64,000 bases of DNA from Eledone cirrhosa (Eukaryota). Shown here in pieces: positions 59,800 to 64,000 of the stretch (position 1 is the stretch's first letter; every line of letters starts with the position of its first letter). A program made the translations under genes and the position numbers. Location: assembly GCA_964016885.1 (NCBI GenBank), contig OZ024742.1:256308001-256372000 (forward strand), in the 5' to 3' direction. The notes below the pieces were generated by a model. It was not told where the DNA came from. It made no database searches and was given only the letters and a program-made list of their open reading frames with translations.

Positions 59800-60176
59800 A
59801 TATTTTCCTGCCAGATTGTTGAACGTATATACTTACCTTATGCATATTAACAGCTGAGAAGCCCAATTTGCATATCGAGTGGGTTAATCGGCCGGGTGCA
59901 CCGAAAACGATAAACGGAAAAAATGAAACGAAATGTTATCTCCCACTCTTAGTACGCCTGTTACTTAAATATAAGTATGTACACGTACATACATATATGT
60001 ATATAGACGTACAATCGTATGTATATATATATACATACATGCACATATATATATATGTACGTATGGATTCACCGAACATTTATTATAATGCTCGGTGTGT
60101 TTGTAAAGAAACATGCCGTATTAAGACGTAGTGTCCAGCAACCATCGTTGCTCGTTTGTTCAACACTGACAAAGGA

Positions 60177-60219
60177 ACGCTGTACTAGTTTCAAGCTTAT
60201 TAGCTATCGTCAGCAACGT
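60177..60219 (-). ncRNA. Minimal type I hammerhead ribozyme (family D)
   Basis: Identical motif, 420 nt from the previous one. Confidence 0.88.
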
Positions 60220-60680
60220 ATACCTTCCTGCAAGATTGTTCAACGTATATACTTATCTTATGCATATTAACAGCTGAGAAGACCAATTTGCATGTCGAGT
60301 GGGTTAATCGGCCGGGTGAACAAACGAGCAACGATGGTTGCTGGACACTACGGCTTAATACGGGATGTTTGTTTACAAACACACCGAGCATTATAATAAA
60401 TTTTCGGTGAATCCATACGTACATATATATATGTGTGCATGTATGTATATATATATACATACTACTGTACGTCTGTATACATATATGTATGTACCTGTAC
60501 ATACTTATATTTAAGTAACAGCCGTACTATGAGTGGGAAATGAAATTTCATTTCATTTTTTTCTGTTTATCGTTTTCGGTGCACCCGGCCGATTAACTCA
60601 CTCGATATGCAAATTGGGCTTCTCAGCTGTTAATATGCATAAGGTAAGTATATACGTTCAACAATCTGGCAGGAAGGTAT

Positions 60681-60723
60681 ACGTTGCTGACGATAGCTAA
60701 TAAGCTTGAAACTAGTACAGCGT
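60681..60723 (+). ncRNA. Minimal type I hammerhead ribozyme (family D)
   Basis: acgttgctgacgatagctaataagcttgaaactagtacagcgt read directly on the plus strand. Confidence 0.88.
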
Positions 60724-60989
60724 TCCTTTGTCAGTGTTGAACAAACGAACAACGATGGTTGCTGGACACAACGGCTTCAAAAGGGATGTTTGTTTACAAA
60801 CACACCGAGCATTATAATAAATGTTCGGTGAATCCATACGTACATATATATATGTGTGCATGTATGTATATATATACATACTACTGTACATCTGTATACA
60901 TATATGTATGCACGTGTACATACTTATATTTAAGTAACAGCCGTACTAAGAGTGGGAAATGAAATTTCGTTTCATTTTTTCCGTTTATG

Positions 60990-61760
<771 letters not shown>

Positions 61761-61763
<3 letters not shown>

Positions 61764-62592
61764 AATAATGGAGCTGCGGCGCTGAAAATGGGTTACATAT
61801 GAACAAGTTTGTCCTCATCAGTGGCCTTCCAACCGTCGTACGCATTTCGTCGCATTAAAGGCCATATACCTCCGGTTGGTGCGAGCAACGGCTAAAAAAA
61901 GTCGTTGGGACACGTAAATAAGGGGGACGCTAGTGTAAACAAACAAAATGGTTTAAGCAACAGAAAGTGATGAAGAAGAAACAAGTCCCAGATTTCTATG
62001 AATATAAATTCGGTGGAATCGTGAACGAGATAATAAAGACCATCAAACCTGGTTGAAATGTGAGCAAGGAAGGAATTTCGCACAGGTCTAACGGGAGGAA
62101 GAAGGGGTCTGGTCTGCGAATTCGGTAAACATAAGTTCTGTGAAGTCGCAGACGAAAGAGAGAGAAAAAAAATTCATGCCGGCTTGGCCAAGTACCCGCG
62201 AGAAAAGGATTACGGACAGGTCAAACGGGAAGAAAGGGGAAGAGGAGAGGTAGTGACAGAGAGTGAGTGAGTGAAAGGTGAGGAAGAGGCTAACAGAGAG
62301 AGAGAGAGAGACTGCCAGAAAGGGTAAAGATACAAAGAACGAAACAGACTGGTGGCAGCGGAGGAAAAAATATATGTGTAAATATGATAATAATGGAGCT
62401 GGGCGCTGCAAATGGGTTTCACTTTCTGTTGCTTAAACCATTTTGTTTGTTTACCCTAGCGTCCCCCTTATTTACGTGTCCCGACGACTCTTTTTAGCCG
62501 TTGCTCGCACCAACCTGAGGTATATGGCCTTTAATGCGACGAAATGCCTACGACGGTTGGAAGGCCACTCATGAGGACAAACTTTTTCATAT
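61761..62592. mobile_element. Inverted-repeat element with split HHR-like motifs
   Basis: 61798-61970 is the reverse complement of about 62420-62592. gataataatggagctg is directly repeated at 61761 and 62386. Confidence 0.7.
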
Positions 62593-62800
62593 ATATGTAT
62601 ATATATATATATATAACGAAGGAAATGTGGTAAGGAACCAGATGGACCATAACGCACCAAATTACTCAATACTTAGGCTAATAGAGTGGGTAATAGGAAC
62701 GAGTAGGACCCCACGGCTGAGCTCAAGCCGTATCGACGGCTAATTCTGCACAATTAACCGTCGAAACGGCTTGAGCTCAGTCGTCGGGGTCCTACTCGTT

Positions 62801-62856
<56 letters not shown>

Positions 62857-63196
62857 TAAAAACAGCACACAATGACAAGGCAACATACAGTTAAAGGGTT
62901 GGAGCAAACAAACCGGGAACAAAATAAACAAGATAACAGGTATTAGACGAAAGGTATGAAATTTGTGCACATGAATATGCAGAATGTGATTACAGTGGGG
63001 ATGTTTACGCCAACCTGTTAAATACGAAGGGATCTGACATTTCGGATGACAACCGTAATGAAATTCTTAGCCTATAATAAAAGCAGTACAGAACAAGAAA
63101 TAAGAAAACATATTGATAGGATACCAAGTCTGTTAATGTCGCTTGAATGGCTACACTCTCACTAATGCACAAATATATACATACACACAGACAAAC

Positions 63197-63227
<31 letters not shown>

Positions 63228-63229
63228 GA

Positions 63230-63770
63230 AAGGATAAAAAGGACGATTGATTATTCCCTCATTGCATTTATTGATAGGTGACGCGCGTTTCGCCACTGAT
63301 CAGCTCAAGGTTCGATCTATATCGATCCTACCCGACTCAATATTCGGCAGCTCGACGGACCCTCTTAAAATGCTATAAGAAAATGAAATACATGCTATGT
63401 GGTAAAGTCAGTGTTTCAAGAGTTTGACAAAATGAGATGTTTTGATTGGTGAGAAGGATCAAGGCGATGTACTGGCCTGTAGTGTATATGGGGGTGGGTG
63501 TGATGGTGAGATGTTGGTGACGGTCTGTGGATGAGGTGGGATGTGGTGTGGTGGTGGTGGTTTGGCCTTGGCATGTAGAGTATGTGGGGGTGGATGTGAA
63601 GATATGGTGGTGGTTAAGGTTATTTAGTGGGATGGGCTGTGGTGTGAGGTTAGTGGATTGTCAGTAGACGGGTTGGCATGTGGGTAGGGGTGTGGTAGTG
63701 GTGCCTTTGTCTATGGTAGCGGCGTTTTTGGTGGTATGGTGGATGTATTGGTGGCGTCAGGTCCTTACAT
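63230..63770 (-). mobile_element. Probable PLE pLTR fragment (C-rich UTR plus degenerate HHR)
   Basis: G/T-rich plus strand like the Neptune-like UTR; minus strand has GAAACGCGCGTC. Confidence 0.5.
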
Positions 63771-64000
63771 AGATACATAGTTAGACGCTCTTCGTCTGAC
63801 AGATACCTTGTATATACGTATACGTACACACATATATGTATTTAGTGCACATATATTGTTGTATAAACACACACAAACCACAACATAAGACACATACGCA
63901 CATCCTTGCCCACACATATCGGCATACGCTCACACACAGCCATATGTATATGTACACACATGTATGTGCATGCGCGCATGCGGACACGAATATGGAGAGT

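Larger units (their letters stand above)
59551..60988. mobile_element. Family D retrozyme-like element: about 420-nt monomer as a 1.8-mer followed by an inverted 1.6-mer
   Basis: Tandem period 420 (HHRs at 59757 and 60177). Orientation flips near 60318. Confidence 0.88.

Overview
Repeat-saturated, AT-rich animal genomic DNA. The SINEs and repeat make-up look like an octopus/cephalopod, which is an inference. No host protein-coding gene is supportable, and the many IYIY ORFs are translated (TA)n. The window holds decayed retroelements: RTE-clade LINEs, a near full-length L1/Tx1-like LINE, an R4/Dong-like relic, a CR1-like LINE with a 900-codon open ORF2, and Neptune-, Naiad- and Nematis-like Penelope-like elements (PLEs). 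It also has a non-autonomous Helitron, tRNA-derived SINEs, very large interrupted (TA)n arrays and a 200-N gap. The main hidden signal is that many short non-coding islands in the (TA)n arrays carry type I hammerhead ribozyme (HHR) motifs. At least seven unrelated HHR sequence families have readable cores, and further remnants are present. Three are retrozyme-like monomers (about 311, 420 and 595 nt) in tandem, permuted or inverted arrangements. Two families use the U3:A8 compensatory core instead of C3:G8, and one of these also has an expanded stem II with a covarying hairpin. All ribozyme calls come from pairing by eye; activity is untested.
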